DNA from: Heptranchias perlo
Lineage: Eukaryota
Reading direction: 5' to 3'
Assembly: GCF_035084215.1 (NCBI RefSeq)
Contig: NC_090339.1
Coordinates: 31,930,001-31,994,000 of the forward strand
DNA: 64,000 nt
Of the stretch, positions 61,438 through 64,000 are shown in pieces. The notes beneath the pieces are model-generated. The model had not been told where the DNA came from. It ran no database searches and saw nothing but the letters and a program-made list of their open reading frames with translations. How positions within the stretch are numbered: position 1 is the first letter of the stretch; every line of letters begins with the position of its first letter. Made by a program: the position numbers and the translations under genes.

Positions 61438-63483
61438 GGGCCCGATTTTACCAGGCCTGCGGGTTTCCGGCGGGTTGGGTTTCGGGAGCGTGGTTAACAC
61501 GCTCGGTGAAATTAGTGGGTTGCCCGCGCGATCGTAGCAGGCAACACACTAATTGGATCCACTTACCTGCTCCTCCGGGCTCCGCGCTGCTGGTCTGCGC
61601 GTCGGGCGGGCTGCGCATGCGCAGTACGATCTGTCAGCTGGAGGCTCTCTAGTTAAAGGGGCAGTCCTCCACTGACAGATGCTGCAACCAATAGAACACA
61701 TTACAGCATGGAGCAGCCCAGGGGGAAGGCTGCTCCCAGTTTAATGATGCCTCACCCCAGGTATCATCAGATGGGGTGAGGAGGAGGGGGAGGACAGAGC
61801 TCTTCCACCCGGCGGGCGGGAGGAAGCGGCCTGCCTCTGCCACCAAGAAGGCCTGGCTCGAGGTGGCAGAGGAGGTCACCTGCACCACCAACATATCGCC
61901 CACCTGCATACAGTGCAGGAGGCGCTCCAATGACCGCAGTAGGTCAGCCACAGTGAGAACGCGTAGTCTTTCCCCTACACTCCGTCTGCCACAACACTGC
62001 CCCCACCCCACATCTCCTTCGGCACCGCCAACACCACTCTGTCACATCACCCCTCATACCCACTCAAACCCCATCCTCATCTTACCTGCACCTACTCACC
62101 TCGCGAGTACTCACCCCGCCAATAACACGCAACCCAATCCTCACATAATCTCATGGCTCTATCCCATACGCACCCTCTCGTGCATCTCCCTCACGGCCAG
62201 CCTCACTCAACCTGCCACCACCTGTGCTGCAGCCACAGGGCATGCATCACATATGTGCAGTAGGCAGCGTAAGGCAAACGTGTCGTGAGCATGAAGGGGA
62301 TGCACAAGGGTGTTTGAGGGTTTGTCATGGGTGTTACCTATATTGAATTTCAGAACAACTCACATCACACATTATATTGGCACCACCACTGCCATGTCTC
62401 TGCGAATCCTGTCTGTTTTGTGCAATAATGCCTGCTCCTGGGTATCACTATGAGGACCCACCACTGATGCCACCCATTGTGTTACTGCAGAGTAGGTGCA
62501 GGTGTATTTGCAGGGCTCTTCCGCGCAGACGACTGAGAGACATCGGCGGTGTACCCGGCTGCACCCTGGAAGGATGCGGAGGAGAAGTTGTGGAGGGCAG
62601 TGCTGACTTTGGCAGCGACAGGTAAGCAGATGGTGCTGGGGCCAGCCAGGAGCAGCTCGGCATGAAAGAGGCTGCAGATGTCCACGACTACATGTCGAGT
62701 GAATCTGCGCCTCCGTGTGCACTGCTGCTCAGAGAGGTCCGGGGAGCTGCGCCTCGGTCTGTGGACCCTGTGGCGAGGGTAGTGCCCTCTGCGACGCGTC
62801 TCTCTCTGCGGTAGCCCTCCCTCCTGCTGTACAGGTGGATGTGTCACAGCACTCTGTTGTGGAGCTCCACGTGTCAGTGGTGGACGGCGAGGCTGGCGAT
62901 GTTGTGCGCCCTCCGAGGAGGTCATGACTGCAGCTACGGCAGCCCCCATCCGCAATATGTACATCTGAGGGGGTTCGCAAGGTAGGCACATGTCTCCGGA
63001 CCCCGGGGTGAGTGTGCAGGTTGGTGACTTTGACCGTCAGGAGGGGGGTGGTGGAGGCCACACTTTGTCCCAAGTGACAGAGCGGCCTCCTGCAATGGGT
63101 GAGGGTCTCCCCCCACCTCCCAACTGTCAAATGGACCTTTGCAGCTGCCACGGGCTGACGGCTGCAACACGTCCAGTTCAACTAGGACTGTTTCCCCCAG
63201 TGTGTGATACAGTCCCATGTTTCTCCAAAATCACACACAGTCCCTTAATCAGGTCAGTTAATGACCTGAACAAGCAAAATAAATACACTCAAGTGGCATC
63301 CCGCTGGCTTTAATTGCCTGCGGGATTCCCACCAGCGGGGGCTGCGCACGCACCCCCGCACGTCATCGGGGAACCCGGAAGTGGTCGGGATCGTGGCGCG
63401 ATCCGGTCGCGTGCCTGGATATCGGGATTTTCGGGGCCCCCCCGCTGGAAACGCACACGAAACCCGCTGGTAAAATCGAGCCC
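61438..63483 (-). mobile_element. Non-autonomous Harbinger, copy B, complete (2046 bp) and inverted relative to copy A
   Basis: TIRs gggcccgattttacc / ggtaaaatcgagccc with a CTG duplication (61435-61437, 63484-63486); ORF track is a mirror image of copy A. Confidence 0.94.
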
Positions 63484-63827
63484 CTGTTGTTGGGAGAGTA
63501 CCGAGGCAAGTTGTTTCTTGCCCTCTGGCAACGTCCCTTTCCCTCCTACGATCATGACTCCAGCACTGCCTTATTATTTGCCTATGCTTAAGCCAGACCT
63601 CAATGTCTATGTCATGAACCTCAGTATTCTGTATCTATTCCAACAGCACAAAGTAGCATTAGTAGTTTTACATACTACTTCCTGCCCCTGCAACTTTCTG
63701 TCAGTCATTGTTGATGTCTAGAACTATGCTTTAAAAGTCCAAAAAAAGAATTAACCATCACATTCTAACCCTGGGCTATCGGTGCATGAATTAGGCTATC
63801 GGAAATTTGTGGCTTGAAAAAAAGAAA

Positions 63828-64000
63828 GACTTCCATTCATATAGCGCCTTTCACAACCTCAGGACGTCCCAAAGCGCTTTACAGCCAATTAAATACTTTT
63901 GAATTGCGGTCACTGTTGTAATGTAAGAAACGTGGCAGCCAACTTGCGCACAGCAAGGTCCCACAAACAGTAATGTGAAAATGACAGGTAATCTGTTTTT
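63828..64000 (-). mobile_element. SINE 3' part (SacSINE1/DeuSINE-like, L2-type tail), continuing beyond the window
   Basis: atatagcgcctttcacaacctcaggacgtcccaaagcgctttac...gcacagcaaggtcccacaaacag. Confidence 0.8.

Noticed and set aside
59432-63483. Inverted duplication as an assembly artefact
   Set aside because: The arms differ by scattered substitutions and a small indel near 60005-60030 versus 62880-62910, and copy B has its own TIRs and CTG duplication. Long-read confirmation is still advisable.

Overview
Vertebrate nuclear DNA, most likely a cartilaginous fish (shark-type CR1, L2, Tx1, SINE, Penelope and Harbinger repeats). Three host genes can be reconstructed by hand. SHROOM4 first coding exon lies on the minus strand (6632-6757, absent from the ORF track). 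BMP15 has two coding exons (39044-39380, 40605-41479; 403 aa). A NIMA-related kinase, probably nek12, has three coding exons (48349-49507, 51992-52192, 55414-55568; 504 aa), with the whole kinase domain in one exon. Four elements stand out in the repeat landscape. (1) An apparently intact autonomous PIF/Harbinger transposon (27913-32065; TIRs, TGT duplication, DDE transposase plus three-exon Myb/SANT gene), nested in a Harbinger MITE within a cluster of decayed Harbingers upstream of BMP15. (2) A 4-kb foldback of two inverted non-autonomous Harbingers (59432-63483), structurally reminiscent of a transposon-killer hairpin locus. (3) A 188-bp near-perfect palindrome encoding a minimal hammerhead ribozyme on each strand (45736-45923), next to the kinase promoter. 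(4) A 32-copy 42-bp minisatellite born inside an L2 fragment, carrying overlapping AP-2 and AP-1/ARE motifs in most units. All calls come from reading the sequence. No database searches were run, and boundaries of old repeats are approximate.
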